From NCBI GenBank assembly GCA_027451565.1, contig DAIDJC010000003.1, positions 1-38,410 of the forward strand: a stretch of DNA of 38,410 nucleotides, in the 5' to 3' direction. The position numbers and the translations under genes are program-made. How positions within the stretch are numbered: position 1 is the first letter of the stretch; every line of letters begins with the position of its first letter. The stretch is from Limisphaerales bacterium (lineage in GTDB: Bacteria > Verrucomicrobiota > Verrucomicrobiia > Limisphaerales > UBA11358). This document shows positions 16,001-25,583 of the stretch, in pieces. A model generated the notes under the pieces. That model had not been told where the DNA came from and searched no databases. It was given only the letters and a program-made list of their open reading frames with translations.

Positions 16001-18595
16001 ATGCAACCGGACAAATTGACTCAGAAATCGCGGGAGGCCCTGGAGGAAGCGCGGCGGATAGCCGTGGAGCATTCGCACCAGGAAATGGATGGGGATCATT
16101 TGGCGCTGGCCTTGGTGGGACAGACAGACAGCCTGATCCCAGACCTGCTGGCACGCGCCGGGGTATCGGTGGGGGGGCTTCGGTCCGGGTTGGAGTCTGA
16201 ACTGGCACGGCGCCACAAGGTGGAAGGTGCTGGCGAGGTTTACGCCGGGCCTGATTTGCGGAAGGCATTGGCCGCCGCCGAGACCGAGGCGCAAAAACTC
16301 AAGGACGAGTACGTGGGCACGGAGCATCTTTTGCTGGGCTTGGTTGAAAAGGGCGGTTCGAGCCTGAAAAAGCTCCTGGCGCAACACGGGCTTAAGCGCG
16401 ATGAAATCCTGAAGGTTTTGGTGGATTTAAGGGGAAACCAGCGGATCACCGATCCCAATCCCGAGGCCAAGTTCCAGGCGCTGGATAAATATGGCCGGGA
16501 CCTGACGTTGCTGGCGCGGCAGGGGAAGATAGACCCGGTGATAGGACGGGACGAGGAAATCCGGCGAGTGATGCAGGTGTTGACACGCCGGACCAAGAAC
16601 AACCCGGTATTGATTGGCGAGCCTGGCGTGGGCAAGACCGCCATCGCAGAGGGTTTGGCGCGAAGGATCGTGGCTGGGGACGTGCCGGAAAGCCTCAAGA
16701 ACAAGCAATTGGTGGCAATGGACCTTGGGGCGATGATAGCGGGGGCCAAATACCGTGGGGAATTTGAGGACAGGCTGAAGGCGTTTCTCAAGGAGATCAC
16801 CGCCAGCGAGGGACGGATTTTATTGTTCATAGACGAACTGCACACCCTGGTGGGAGCCGGCGCCGCGGAGGGGGCAACCGATGCGGCGAACATCATGAAG
16901 CCGCAACTGGCAAGGGGAGAACTACGCTGCGTGGGAGCCACCACCCTGGATGAATACCGCAAGCACATTGAGAAGGACCCCGCCTTGGAGCGGCGTTTCC
17001 AGCCAGTGCTGGTGGCGGAACCGGGGGTGGAGGCCACGATAGGGATCCTTCGTGGATTGAAGGAACGCTATGAGGTGCATCATGGCGTGCGCATCCAGGA
17101 TGCAGCCCTGGTGGCGGCGGCCACGCTGTCCAACCGTTACATCACGGACAGGTTTTTGCCGGACAAAGCCATTGACCTGGTGGATGAGGCGGCATCCAGG
17201 CTTAAAATGGAGCTGGATTCCAAACCCACGGAACTGGACCAACTGGAACGAGCCATCCTGCAATATGAGATTGAGCGCACCTCGCTGGCCAGGGAGAGCG
17301 ATGCGGCCAGCCGGGAGCGGCTCAAGCGCATTGACCGTGAACTGGCAGACCTGAAGGAGAAATCGCTGGGCCTGACCGCCCAATGGCAGAATGAAAAGGC
17401 AGCCATCAATGCAGTGAGCCTGATTCAAGCCCAACTGGAACAGGCGCGCCAAGGTTTGGAGCAGGCACGGCGCAAAGGAGACCTGAACCTGGCGGCACGC
17501 ATTCAATACGGGCAAATACCTGAACTGGAAAAGAAACTGGCCGGCATGGAACAAGCCAGCACCCCATCCAGCCGCGCATCATTGCTGCGCCAGGAGGTGA
17601 CCGATGAAGACGTGGCCCGGGTGGTGTCGTCCTGGACACACATTCCTGTTTCGAGAATGTTGGAGGGGGAACGCGAAAAACTGGTTCACATGGAACAGCG
17701 CCTGAAACAGCGGGTGCTGGGGCAAAGCGAGGCCTTGAAGGCAGTTTCCAATGCGGTGCGACGGGCACGCAGCGGCCTGCAAGACCCAAACCGGCCCATT
17801 GGTTCCTTCTTTTTCCTGGGACCGACCGGAGTGGGCAAGACCGAGACAGCACGGGCCCTGGCGGAATTTTTGTTTGATGACGAAAACGCCATGGTGCGGA
17901 TAGACATGAGCGAGTATCTGGAGAAATTTTCCGTGCAACGGCTCATTGGCGCGCCGCCGGGATTTGTGGGGTACGAAGAAGGCGGCCAATTGAGCGAGGC
18001 GGTGAGGCGCAGGCCCTACTCGGTGGTGTTGTTTGACGAGGTGGAAAAGGCGCACCCGGACGTGTTCAACGTGCTTTTGCAGGTTCTGGACGATGGCCGG
18101 CTTACGGATGGCCAGGGGCGAACAGTGGATTTCAAAAACACACTCTTGATCATGACCAGCAACATAGGCTCGCCCATCATCCAGGAATTCTTCATGGATG
18201 GCCGCAACGATGCGGCTTCCCGCCAAGCCATGGAGGACCGGGTGATGACGGAGTTGAAACGGCATTTCCGCCCGGAATTCCTGAATCGTGTGGACGATGT
18301 GGTGGTGTTTCGCAGCCTGGATGAGGAGGAATTGGCCGGGATTGTGGAAATCCAGATAGGCCGGCTGGAAAAACGTCTGGCCGACATGCAACTGACCCTT
18401 GCGGTGGATGCAGCAGCCAAAAAGGTGTTGGCACACGAGGGCTTTGACCCACAGTTTGGAGCACGGCCCCTGAAACGGGCGGTGCAAGACCTCCTGCTTA
18501 ACCCGCTTTCCATGAAATTGCTGGAGGGAGAATTCAAGCCAGGCGACCGTGTAAAAGTCAGCGCCAAAAATGACGTGTTGATTTTTTCCAAGTGA
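16001..18595 (+). CDS. clpB: ATP-dependent disaggregase ClpB
   Basis: 864 aa. It has a Clp N-domain, Walker A motifs GEPGVGKT and GPTGVGKT, a long middle coiled-coil ([17 protein letters not shown]...) and the C-terminal [10 protein letters not shown]. Confidence 0.95.
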   Translation: MQPDKLTQKSREALEEARRIAVEHSHQEMDGDHLALALVGQTDSLIPDLLARAGVSVGGLRSGLESELARRHKVEGAGEVYAGPDLRKALAAAETEAQKLKDEYVGTEHLLLGLVEKGGSSLKKLLAQHGLKRDEILKVLVDLRGNQRITDPNPEAKFQALDKYGRDLTLLARQGKIDPVIGRDEEIRRVMQVLTRRTKNNPVLIGEPGVGKTAIAEGLARRIVAGDVPESLKNKQLVAMDLGAMIAGAKYRGEFEDRLKAFLKEITASEGRILLFIDELHTLVGAGAAEGATDAANIMKPQLARGELRCVGATTLDEYRKHIEKDPALERRFQPVLVAEPGVEATIGILRGLKERYEVHHGVRIQDAALVAAATLSNRYITDRFLPDKAIDLVDEAASRLKMELDSKPTELDQLERAILQYEIERTSLARESDAASRERLKRIDRELADLKEKSLGLTAQWQNEKAAINAVSLIQAQLEQARQGLEQARRKGDLNLAARIQYGQIPELEKKLAGMEQASTPSSRASLLRQEVTDEDVARVVSSWTHIPVSRMLEGEREKLVHMEQRLKQRVLGQSEALKAVSNAVRRARSGLQDPNRPIGSFFFLGPTGVGKTETARALAEFLFDDENAMVRIDMSEYLEKFSVQRLIGAPPGFVGYEEGGQLSEAVRRRPYSVVLFDEVEKAHPDVFNVLLQVLDDGRLTDGQGRTVDFKNTLLIMTSNIGSPIIQEFFMDGRNDAASRQAMEDRVMTELKRHFRPEFLNRVDDVVVFRSLDEEELAGIVEIQIGRLEKRLADMQLTLAVDAAAKKVLAHEGFDPQFGARPLKRAVQDLLLNPLSMKLLEGEFKPGDRVKVSAKNDVLIFSK

Positions 18596-18915
18596 ATCCG
18601 TCCGGACATTTCACAAGGGACCCGCAGAAAGAGAGCCCGAATGCGAGGCTTGTTTCTCACTCTGCACAATTATTACTGATCACTTTCAAGCAAGCGAGAT
18701 GAGATTCAAGCCACTCCATTTCGGCCGCATAAATTTCTCATATTTATTTAATTTTAAACAGTTTAAACTGGTTTTTATCCCTGCATTGCTTGAATCCCCC
18801 TGCAGGCCGGCCTGTTAATGATGGGGCTAGGTCCCGCCCGCCCGTTTTTCGACCTGTATTTGTTCCTTTACGAAAAGCCCCTTTAGCTATATGGTGAAAG
18901 GGTAAAGAATTTGTT

Positions 18916-19182
18916 ATGAACGCGATGCTTGCCATTTTGGGTTTGAGCGGCACGGAACTGATCATTGTTCTGGTGGCGGTGCTTGTGCTATTTGGGGCCA
19001 AGCGCATTCCTGAGTTTGCCAAAGGCTTGGGGAAGGGCATTAATGAATTTAAGAAGGCGTCCCGAGAGGTAACCGATTCGCTTGAGGCTGAGGCGACTCC
19101 TCCCCCGTCCAAAATTCCGCCTCCCAATACGGCGCCTCAATCGGCCTCAGTCCCCAAGCCGACGGAAACCAAGGTGGGTTGA
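18916..19182 (+). CDS. tatA: twin-arginine translocase subunit TatA/E
   Basis: 88 aa. A TM helix is followed by an amphipathic helix: LIIVLVAVLVLFGAKRIPEFAKGLGKGINEFKKA. Confidence 0.9.
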   Translation: MNAMLAILGLSGTELIIVLVAVLVLFGAKRIPEFAKGLGKGINEFKKASREVTDSLEAEATPPPSKIPPPNTAPQSASVPKPTETKVG

Positions 19183-19212
19183 CCCTCCACTTGGAGTTTT
19201 CCACTGCTCCCA

Positions 19213-20223
19213 ATGCCCGATTCTCCTCAGGAACCGGCCCCAGATGAATGGGAGGAGGGAGGAGGTCCTGTCAAAAGTTTTCTGGAACATTTGGAGGATT
19301 TCCGGTGGTTGATCATTAAATGTGGCGCGGCCTTCATGGTTTGCCTGGTGGTTTGTCTTTATGCCGTGCCGGAAATTGTGGCTGTTTTGAAATGGCCTCT
19401 GAGCCGGGCTGCCCTAGTCCGGGTGAACGGTGAACACAAGGCGGAAATTTTCCTGGGGTCCCAATCCTTGGGCACCTTGGAGCTAGACACCAACCGTATG
19501 GGAAACCTGGACCTGGGTACCAATTGGTTTTCCGTGGTAAGATTGGAGCCTGTGGCGTTGGGTTCCAATATCGTGCTAACCCTCCAGGTGGATCCCCAGC
19601 CAAAGCAGAATGCCCTGCTTCAGGGATCCACCGACCTGGTTTACCTGGATCCATCGGCCCCATTTTTCAGTTCCATGCAACTGGCCTTTTATGGAGGAAT
19701 CCTGCTGGCTTCGCCGGTGATTTGCATCTTTCTGGCGGGATTTATCCTCCCCGCACTGAAGGTGAAGGAGCGAAAATATGTTTGGCGCGCGGCCCTGGTG
19801 GGGTCGGGGCTATTCCTGGCGGGGGTTGCATTTTGTTACTTTTTTGTGCTGCCGCGGGCCTTGAAATTTGCCCAGTGGTGGGCTCTGTGGATGGGGGTGC
19901 AGGTTCCTGAATGGCGGGCGGAGACCTATTTCAGTTTTGTGACCAAGTTCATGCTGGGCATGGGGCTTGGATTTGAATTGCCGGTAGCCCTGCTGGCCCT
20001 GGTCAAGATCGGCGTCCTTGACTACGCCAAACTCTCCAGCCTGCGCCGATACATGATAGTCATCAACCTCATCCTGGGTGCCCTGCTCACCACCCCCGAA
20101 CCTTTTACCCAGGTCGTGATGGCGGTGGTTTTGCAGGTCTTGTTTGAAACCAGCGTTTGGATAGCATGGTACTGGGAATGGAAGGAACGAAAACGAGCTT
20201 TACAAGCCGGAGAATCGGCGTAG
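19213..20223 (+). CDS. tatC: twin-arginine translocase subunit TatC (with enlarged first periplasmic loop)
   Basis: 336 aa. FLEHLEDFRWLIIKC..., DPSAPFFSSMQLAF, LPALKVKERKY and LGALLTTPEPFTQ follow the TatC layout. About 65-75 extra residues lie between TM1 and TM2. Confidence 0.85.
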   Translation: MPDSPQEPAPDEWEEGGGPVKSFLEHLEDFRWLIIKCGAAFMVCLVVCLYAVPEIVAVLKWPLSRAALVRVNGEHKAEIFLGSQSLGTLELDTNRMGNLDLGTNWFSVVRLEPVALGSNIVLTLQVDPQPKQNALLQGSTDLVYLDPSAPFFSSMQLAFYGGILLASPVICIFLAGFILPALKVKERKYVWRAALVGSGLFLAGVAFCYFFVLPRALKFAQWWALWMGVQVPEWRAETYFSFVTKFMLGMGLGFELPVALLALVKIGVLDYAKLSSLRRYMIVINLILGALLTTPEPFTQVVMAVVLQVLFETSVWIAWYWEWKERKRALQAGESA

Positions 20224-20250
20224 GATCGTTGTACCAACTTAAATCATTGT

Positions 20251-20688
20251 ATGCGCAAAGTCATTTTTCCGCTGACCGCCGTTTTGGCGGCACTTTTTGC
20301 GGCTGGTTGTGCCAGCCAGGAACAAAAGCTTGGACGCGGCATGGATAACACCTATGAGATCGTGCGCATGGGTGAGCTTCGCCGCAGCGTGGAGCAAACG
20401 GCCGTTTTTGATTCACCCGGCGAGGGATACACCACTGGCTTTGTGCGCGGCCTGGACCGATCCCTGGCACGCACCGGCATTGGATTGTATGAGATGGTCA
20501 CCTTCCCGTTCCCGCCCTACACCCCGGTGGCAACCAAGTATCTGTCCGTGGACCCGGTTTTCCCGGAAAGCTACAAGCCACAGTTGATTGCTGATCCGCT
20601 TTTCAAAACCGACACTTACAGCGGGTTCAGCGGCGGCGATGTGGCCCCCTTCGTGCCAGGTAGCCGATTTAGTATTTTTGACAACTAA
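20251..20688 (+). CDS. lipoprotein of the exosortase-system-associated TIGR04073 family
   Basis: 145 aa with a lipobox (LFAAGC). The motifs KLGRG and GIGLYEMVTFPFPPY are ones I recognise from TIGR04073. Confidence 0.65.
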   Translation: MRKVIFPLTAVLAALFAAGCASQEQKLGRGMDNTYEIVRMGELRRSVEQTAVFDSPGEGYTTGFVRGLDRSLARTGIGLYEMVTFPFPPYTPVATKYLSVDPVFPESYKPQLIADPLFKTDTYSGFSGGDVAPFVPGSRFSIFDN

Positions 20689-20711
20689 CCCTTGATGTCC
20701 TTTTCCAAAAG

Positions 20712-20743
20712 CGCGCCAACGCCCACGTTGGCGCGTTTTTATT
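20712..20743 (+). terminator. rho-independent terminator (10-bp perfect stem, CCCA loop, T-run)
   Basis: CGCGCCAACG (20712-20721) / CGTTGGCGCG (20726-20735) is followed by TTTTTATT. An A-run precedes it, so it may act in both directions. Confidence 0.75.
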
Positions 20744-20750
20744 CCATTCG

Positions 20751-21632
20751 ATGACCCTTTGCCTACCTTCACCCTGCAAGGTCAACCTGCTGTTAAACAT
20801 CCTGGGCAAACGGCCTGATGGATTTCACGAGCTTGAGACCCTCATGCACCCGGTCCAGTGGTGCGACGAACTGTCGTTCATTCGTAAAGGCAGGGAATTG
20901 AGCCTCACGTGCAGCAATCCAAACCTGCCTCTGGATTCCGGCAACCTGGTGCACCGGGCCGCCACGAAATTTTTTGAAGCCGCTCAAATACACGAGGGGG
21001 TGGGGATCCATCTGGAAAAACGCATACCCTTGGCAGCCGGATTGGGAGGTGGCAGCGGCAATGCCGCCATCACGCTGCGCGGCTTGAACGAACTTTTTGG
21101 ACTTCCCCTAAGCCCCGGCCAGATTGGGGACTTGGCGGCCTCGCTCGGTTCCGACATAAATTTTTTCCTGCAAGACAAGCCAGCTCTGGCCACCGGGCGT
21201 GGTGAAGCCATAAAATCGCTGGCTCCTTTTCCATCCCTTGCGGGCCGGGCATTTTTTCTTTTTCACCCTGGCTTTGGCATTTCCACACCCTGGGCCTACC
21301 AAAACCTGGCGCGGTTTCCCTCGGCGCTGAAAGGCCAACCGGGGCGGGCAGCAGCCCTGGCCGCCCTCCTGAGCGCCAGACCCCTCCCTGAAGCGGCGCC
21401 GCATTTTTACAATGCCCTGGAATTTCCAGCGTTTGAAAAATATCCCATCCTGAAACTTTATCAGGAATTCCTTTCCGGCCACGGAGCGGTGGCAGCCCTG
21501 ATGTCCGGGAGCGGGTCCACCACTTTTGCCATCGCAGAAAACCTGGCTGCGGCAGAAAATCTGGGCGGGCTTTTTAAAAGGAATTTTGGCGACAATGGAT
21601 GGTCTGCGGCCGTGACCATTCCAAAGAACTGA
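20751..21632 (+). CDS. ispE: 4-diphosphocytidyl-2-C-methyl-D-erythritol kinase
   Basis: 293 aa. PCKVNLLLNILGKRPDGFHELETLM plus the GHMP kinase loop PLAAGLGGGSGNAA. Confidence 0.9.
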   Translation: MTLCLPSPCKVNLLLNILGKRPDGFHELETLMHPVQWCDELSFIRKGRELSLTCSNPNLPLDSGNLVHRAATKFFEAAQIHEGVGIHLEKRIPLAAGLGGGSGNAAITLRGLNELFGLPLSPGQIGDLAASLGSDINFFLQDKPALATGRGEAIKSLAPFPSLAGRAFFLFHPGFGISTPWAYQNLARFPSALKGQPGRAAALAALLSARPLPEAAPHFYNALEFPAFEKYPILKLYQEFLSGHGAVAALMSGSGSTTFAIAENLAAAENLGGLFKRNFGDNGWSAAVTIPKN

Positions 21633-21667
21633 CTCCCTGCCGCAGCCCGTCCTGGGATCCAATTGGA

Positions 21668-21691
21668 GGGCGGTGAACCGCCCCTTTTCTT
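21668..21691 (+). terminator. rho-independent terminator after ispE
   Basis: GGGCGG-TGAA-CCGCCC is followed by CTTTTCTT. It abuts the stop codon of the convergent esterase gene. Confidence 0.65.
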
Positions 21692-22862
21692 ACTTCGGGT
21701 GAGTCGCCAGCCCGCCCCGGCCTTCCATGAATTTTTGCGTCGAGAGCCACTGCAATAATTCATCGGCCATGGCTTGGTCATCTGCCACGCGCGGGTGGGT
21801 TTTGGTCCAATGCCGGAAAACGTAATGATGGATGGCGGGGTCCGACCGTTCCAAATTCTGCACGGCATCCTGCCAGGCCGCGCGCAGGGGCTGGCTGGTG
21901 GCTCCGCCGGTCATTCCACCGCGCAACAAGACCAGCTCCGCACGGGGCCATGCGCCGCACACCGCACGTACCAAGGCCTGGTATTTTTCACCAAAGCTTG
22001 GGGGAAAAGGGCGCCCCTCGGAACGTGTTTTTGAATCATCATTCTCACCCAGGTTTATGAACACCACATCAGGGGTCCATTCAGCCAGATCTGCGAGGGC
22101 CGAACCGGGGTTGGGGTACATCCGGTTCCAGATTTGATCCACCGTTTCCGGCACCCACCCTGTTACCACCCCCATTCCACTCACTGAAATATTTTCAAGC
22201 TCGGCGCCAAGGCCCCGTGCCGTGAATGCCGCGTAACTCAAATCCCCATCATGCGTTCTGCGATCCTGCCATTGATCCATTTCGCCGTCCTCATTGCAGG
22301 CACCCACAGTGATGGAATCGCCCAGGAATAAAATCCGCATGGTACGCGAAGGGCCGGCCGGCCTGGCTGCTTTGGCATCAGAATCCAGAACCACACCCAT
22401 AAAACCCACCGTCCCGGCGGCTGCCTCACTTCGCTTAACCAGTTTTAAATGATGCCAACCGACCCCGGAAACGTGAATGGGACTCCATTCTTCACCGGAA
22501 TTTTCAGCCACTCCCACGACTGCATTGATTCCATCCACATTCACATCAAAAAAATTTTGTCCGCGGGCATTTTTAAACCCGAGCACCAACAGTGACCCGG
22601 TGAAATCCAACTGTATTTCGCTGGATTGCCAGATGAGAACGGGGTCCTCAGGTTTGGAATAATCAATGCGGCCCAGGTAGGCAAATCTGGGGTCTTTGGC
22701 TTCAATCTGCCGGGACTGGCCAAGGTGCAAACTGCCGGCGGAGGCATCTGGTCCACACCCAACCAGCAGCACCAGAGCCGCGAATGCGATGAATGTCCGC
22801 CAAATGAGGAATTGGAGACGGTCAACTGCCTCTGAAAACGAATTGCCAGCAAAGTTGATCAT
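21690..22862 (-). CDS. SGNH/GDSL hydrolase with N-terminal beta-sandwich (CE2-like carbohydrate esterase), lipoprotein
   Basis: 390 aa with a lipobox (LLVGCG). It has the blocks ILFLGDSITVG and VFINLGENDD and a late His in KTHP. The N-terminal non-catalytic domain followed by SGNH matches the CE2 architecture (inference). Confidence 0.75.
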   Translation of the reverse strand: MINFAGNSFSEAVDRLQFLIWRTFIAFAALVLLVGCGPDASAGSLHLGQSRQIEAKDPRFAYLGRIDYSKPEDPVLIWQSSEIQLDFTGSLLVLGFKNARGQNFFDVNVDGINAVVGVAENSGEEWSPIHVSGVGWHHLKLVKRSEAAAGTVGFMGVVLDSDAKAARPAGPSRTMRILFLGDSITVGACNEDGEMDQWQDRRTHDGDLSYAAFTARGLGAELENISVSGMGVVTGWVPETVDQIWNRMYPNPGSALADLAEWTPDVVFINLGENDDSKTRSEGRPFPPSFGEKYQALVRAVCGAWPRAELVLLRGGMTGGATSQPLRAAWQDAVQNLERSDPAIHHYVFRHWTKTHPRVADDQAMADELLQWLSTQKFMEGRGGLATHPK

Positions 22863-22885
22863 GAGATTCAGTTTTTTGGCCCTGG

Positions 22886-24496
22886 TTAAGGTTTCTCCAG
22901 AGTAACCAATACCACGTCACATTTCCTCATTTTAATCCTTTGATCCCATTCTCCGTTATCAGCCACAACCACAGAACGCTCTTCACCGGCTTTTCCGTCA
23001 CTGGCAGCTTTCAACTGGGCTTCCTGACGCCTCGAAAGTTGCGGTGGCGCACCCATTCCCAGATAGGCTGTGTAGGCATCGTTGGAATGATAGCCAACCC
23101 TGTAAACTTTCATCAGATAGTTTCCGGCGGGAACACCAGCCAGTTGCAACTGCGCATATTCCTCCCATTTGGACGGGTGTAAGCGGCTGTAAAAGGTCTG
23201 GTTGTTTTCCCTTGGAGAAGGATCCGGAGGAGGTTCGTCCCAAATCAGGACCTGCATCCCTCCCCTGGCATCACGGCAAGCCAGGGTCTGCCGGTCTTCG
23301 CATGTGAGTTGCACATCCCCCAAACTGTGCAGGAAATGATATGCAAAATAAGAAGGTTTTTGAATTCCCTCCTCATTCAGCAACCCAAAACCTCCGTGAA
23401 AAGGGGTGAAACGGGGGCCTGCCTCCTCGAAAATATCCGTGAAGGTCCAGTAAGACATGGATTGCACGCATCCATCCGCATTTTTGATTTTATCCAGTAT
23501 GTATGCGGCGCTCTGGTAAGAGTCGTGGAAGGGATCGCTGGGAGTGTAGGAGGAACTCCATTCAGTAAAATGGAGCGGCAAACCAGGCCTCAAGGAATTT
23601 TGGATCACCCTCCGGGTCTCCTCCATTTCACCGTAGATGGAATTGGAACGGGTGGACAACACGGTCCCATGATTGCCGTTTTCGTCCAGAAACCCGGCGT
23701 CCACACCATAGGTGTGAGTGGAGATAAAGTCAACGGGCGCCGGGTTGGTGGCACAGAACTGGATGAAATCACCAATCCATCCGCAACCCGCCGTGGCCGG
23801 ACCCCCGACGCGATACTGTGGGCAGACTGACTTTACCGCATTGGCGGTGACTTCATACAAATGGAAATAATCCTGTTGTGTGCCCTTGAAAAAACCCTCC
23901 AAATTGGGCTCATTCCAAACTTCAAAATACCATCCCGCCACCTCGTTTTTGCCGTACCGTTCCGTGAGATGCCTTGTAAAAGCCTGAACCAGCGCGCCCC
24001 AACGTGAGAAATCGCGCGGCAAAGTGGTGTTGCCCCGCCACCAGAAAATGGTCTGACTCCCACTCGCCATGGCTCCGGGCATGAAGCCCAGCTCCACAAA
24101 AGGTTTCATTCCTATCCCCACGAGAAAGTCGTAAAGTTTGTCCACATACTGCCAGTTGTATTCAGGCCGTCCCTGCCGGTCCTCCTGATACACCCCCATG
24201 TCATCGCAAAAAATGCCGTGCATCCGAATGTATTTGAACCCGCAATCCTGATGAACTTGAGCAAGCTGCTGCTGCCAATCCGCCCTGAGACCTTCGTTTG
24301 CTCGGCCAGCACCCACGCACATTTCCGCCATGCGATTCAGGGGGCCTTTTACATCCTTATAATTCACATGGATGAGTCTGACGCCCAAATCTTGAGACGA
24401 AGCTTCGCCTAAAATCTGCGCCGCCAAGGTGAAGTATGAAGCAGTGATCCAAACCCACCCCCACCTCCTTGGCATCATTGCCCGGTTAAATCGCAT
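22886..24496 (-). CDS. glycoside hydrolase family 39 (beta-xylosidase-like)
   Basis: FKYIRMHGIF, the acid/base motif FEVWNEPN and the nucleophile region LHFTEWSSSY. The track start at 24529 is TTG. The first ATG is at 24496, with others at 24478 and 24475 ahead of a signal-like segment, so the start is uncertain. Confidence 0.8.
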   Translation of the reverse strand: MRFNRAMMPRRWGWVWITASYFTLAAQILGEASSQDLGVRLIHVNYKDVKGPLNRMAEMCVGAGRANEGLRADWQQQLAQVHQDCGFKYIRMHGIFCDDMGVYQEDRQGRPEYNWQYVDKLYDFLVGIGMKPFVELGFMPGAMASGSQTIFWWRGNTTLPRDFSRWGALVQAFTRHLTERYGKNEVAGWYFEVWNEPNLEGFFKGTQQDYFHLYEVTANAVKSVCPQYRVGGPATAGCGWIGDFIQFCATNPAPVDFISTHTYGVDAGFLDENGNHGTVLSTRSNSIYGEMEETRRVIQNSLRPGLPLHFTEWSSSYTPSDPFHDSYQSAAYILDKIKNADGCVQSMSYWTFTDIFEEAGPRFTPFHGGFGLLNEEGIQKPSYFAYHFLHSLGDVQLTCEDRQTLACRDARGGMQVLIWDEPPPDPSPRENNQTFYSRLHPSKWEEYAQLQLAGVPAGNYLMKVYRVGYHSNDAYTAYLGMGAPPQLSRRQEAQLKAASDGKAGEERSVVVADNGEWDQRIKMRKCDVVLVTLEKP

Positions 24497-24694
24497 GAAA
24501 TTCGCCCTGATTCTGTCACATTTCCACAAAAGCCGGTTGTCATCAAAATTAGGGACACGCCCGGGCCAGTCTCAGAGCCTGGCTGATAAGACGGAAGGGT
24601 GCTGCGACTGGGGATTTTGGCCTTGGGCGAGGCGAAGATGTCGGCGCGTCCCCGTAAAAACGCCCGCGAATTTTTACATACCCATCCCAAAAGG

Positions 24695-25414
24695 TCAAAA
24701 AGGAGACATGGCAGGATTTGGGAATGCCTCCGCAAAAGGCGTAGAACCCTGATGCATGGAGGAAAAGGAGTTTACGGACAATAGGTCTTGGTTGTTTGCG
24801 ATTTTTTGTTTTGTGCAATCGGTGCACAATCGCCTGACGATCAAGCTTTCCATCCGGTGAAAGCAATAATCTTCCATGGAAACCAATTGACCGGATTCCT
24901 CCCGAGCCTGATGACATTCCGGACAGAGGTGCAAACAACCCAGGGAGGAATTCAATGAAGAAACTTCTGTTTCTTCCTCAACCGGCGGTTGCAGGGACAA
25001 ATGACCTGCCGGGTCCGGATTGACTCCGCAGAGACGCGATATGGTTGATTCAAGGTCACGAAGGTCACGCTTGAACACATAATCATCCACACCCTCATCA
25101 AACATGTTGCAAATCATCTGCTGGTCGTTGGAGGAACTGATAAAAACAAAGGGCACACCGGGACAACATTCGTGCGCGATGGAAAGAGACCGGAAGCCAT
25201 CAAGCTTGGCAAGCCGATCGCTGGAGAGAACCAGGTCTGGGGGATTGGAATCGAGCGCATGACGAAACTCATCCTCATTGGACACACGCTCAAGTGAAAA
25301 ATCAAAACCCTCCTTTGACAATTCCCGAATGATAAGACGCGCATCGGCAATGTTGTCCTCGACAAGCAATATGCTAAGTCTGGCTTTTATCCCGTCCTTC
25401 ACACCTTCATCCAA
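24695..25414 (-). CDS. response regulator: receiver domain fused to a Cys/His-rich C-terminal domain of unknown type
   Basis: 239 aa with a TTG start. REC motifs are LLVEDN, DLVLSSD, FISSS and YVFKRD. The C-terminal part has C-x3-C-x2-C-H-x15-C-x-H-x10-C-x2-C (residues 160-200). Confidence 0.75.
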   Translation of the reverse strand: MDEGVKDGIKARLSILLVEDNIADARLIIRELSKEGFDFSLERVSNEDEFRHALDSNPPDLVLSSDRLAKLDGFRSLSIAHECCPGVPFVFISSSNDQQMICNMFDEGVDDYVFKRDLRDLESTISRLCGVNPDPAGHLSLQPPVEEETEVSSLNSSLGCLHLCPECHQAREESGQLVSMEDYCFHRMESLIVRRLCTDCTKQKIANNQDLLSVNSFSSMHQGSTPFAEAFPNPAMSPF

Positions 25415-25583
25415 TCAAAGGCAGGCTGGCATTTCAAGCCAGCATTCGAAAAACATATGCACATATTAGACACAACTTATTCACAGAACCCCAGCGCATG
25501 AGGGATCGCTGCGCCTGATGGTTTGCGTTCAAAAGGCAAGACCGCCAAGCTGGGTGGCAGGAAAAAATGAAAGCAGTCAGGGG

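Noticed and set aside
15881-16387. The 5' extension of the radical SAM ORF (track 14303..16387), which would overlap the first 387 nt of clpB on the opposite strand.
   Set aside because: The conserved family N-terminus [15 protein letters not shown] begins at the ATG at 15880. The upstream 169 residues are low-complexity and overlap a bona fide gene.
18731-18770. Two 11-mers in the AT-rich clpB-tatA spacer that recur elsewhere near promoters. AAATTTCTCAT (18731-18741) recurs at 37299-37309. ACAGTTTAAAC (18758-18768, inside the 12-bp palindrome CAGTTTAAACTG) recurs at 32487-32497.
   Set aside because: A rough estimate (N^2/2 divided by 4^11) predicts over a hundred chance 11-mer repeats in 38 kb, and about one among the intergenic DNA alone. 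That number would be higher in AT-rich islands, so these repeats are not significant on their own.
18803-18814. GC palindrome CAGGCCGGCCTG and a nearby T-run (18845-18849) in the clpB-tatA spacer, considered as a possible sRNA terminator. The 39-codon ORF starting at the ATG near 18700 was also considered.
   Set aside because: The palindrome leaves no loop. The sequence before the T-run does not form a clean stem. The short ORF has no supporting features.
18744-19127. ORF 18744..19127(-) overlapping tatA.
   Set aside because: It is antisense to a textbook TatA sequence and its translation has no family features.
25425-25443. Hairpin GCTGGC-ATTTCAA-GCCAGC upstream of the REC/Cys-rich gene, and hairpin GTTTCAA-GCGGC-TTGAAAC (about 26595-26613) downstream of the M42 gene, considered as possible terminators.
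   Set aside because: The stems are short and the U-tracts weak or absent. That is not enough to call them.
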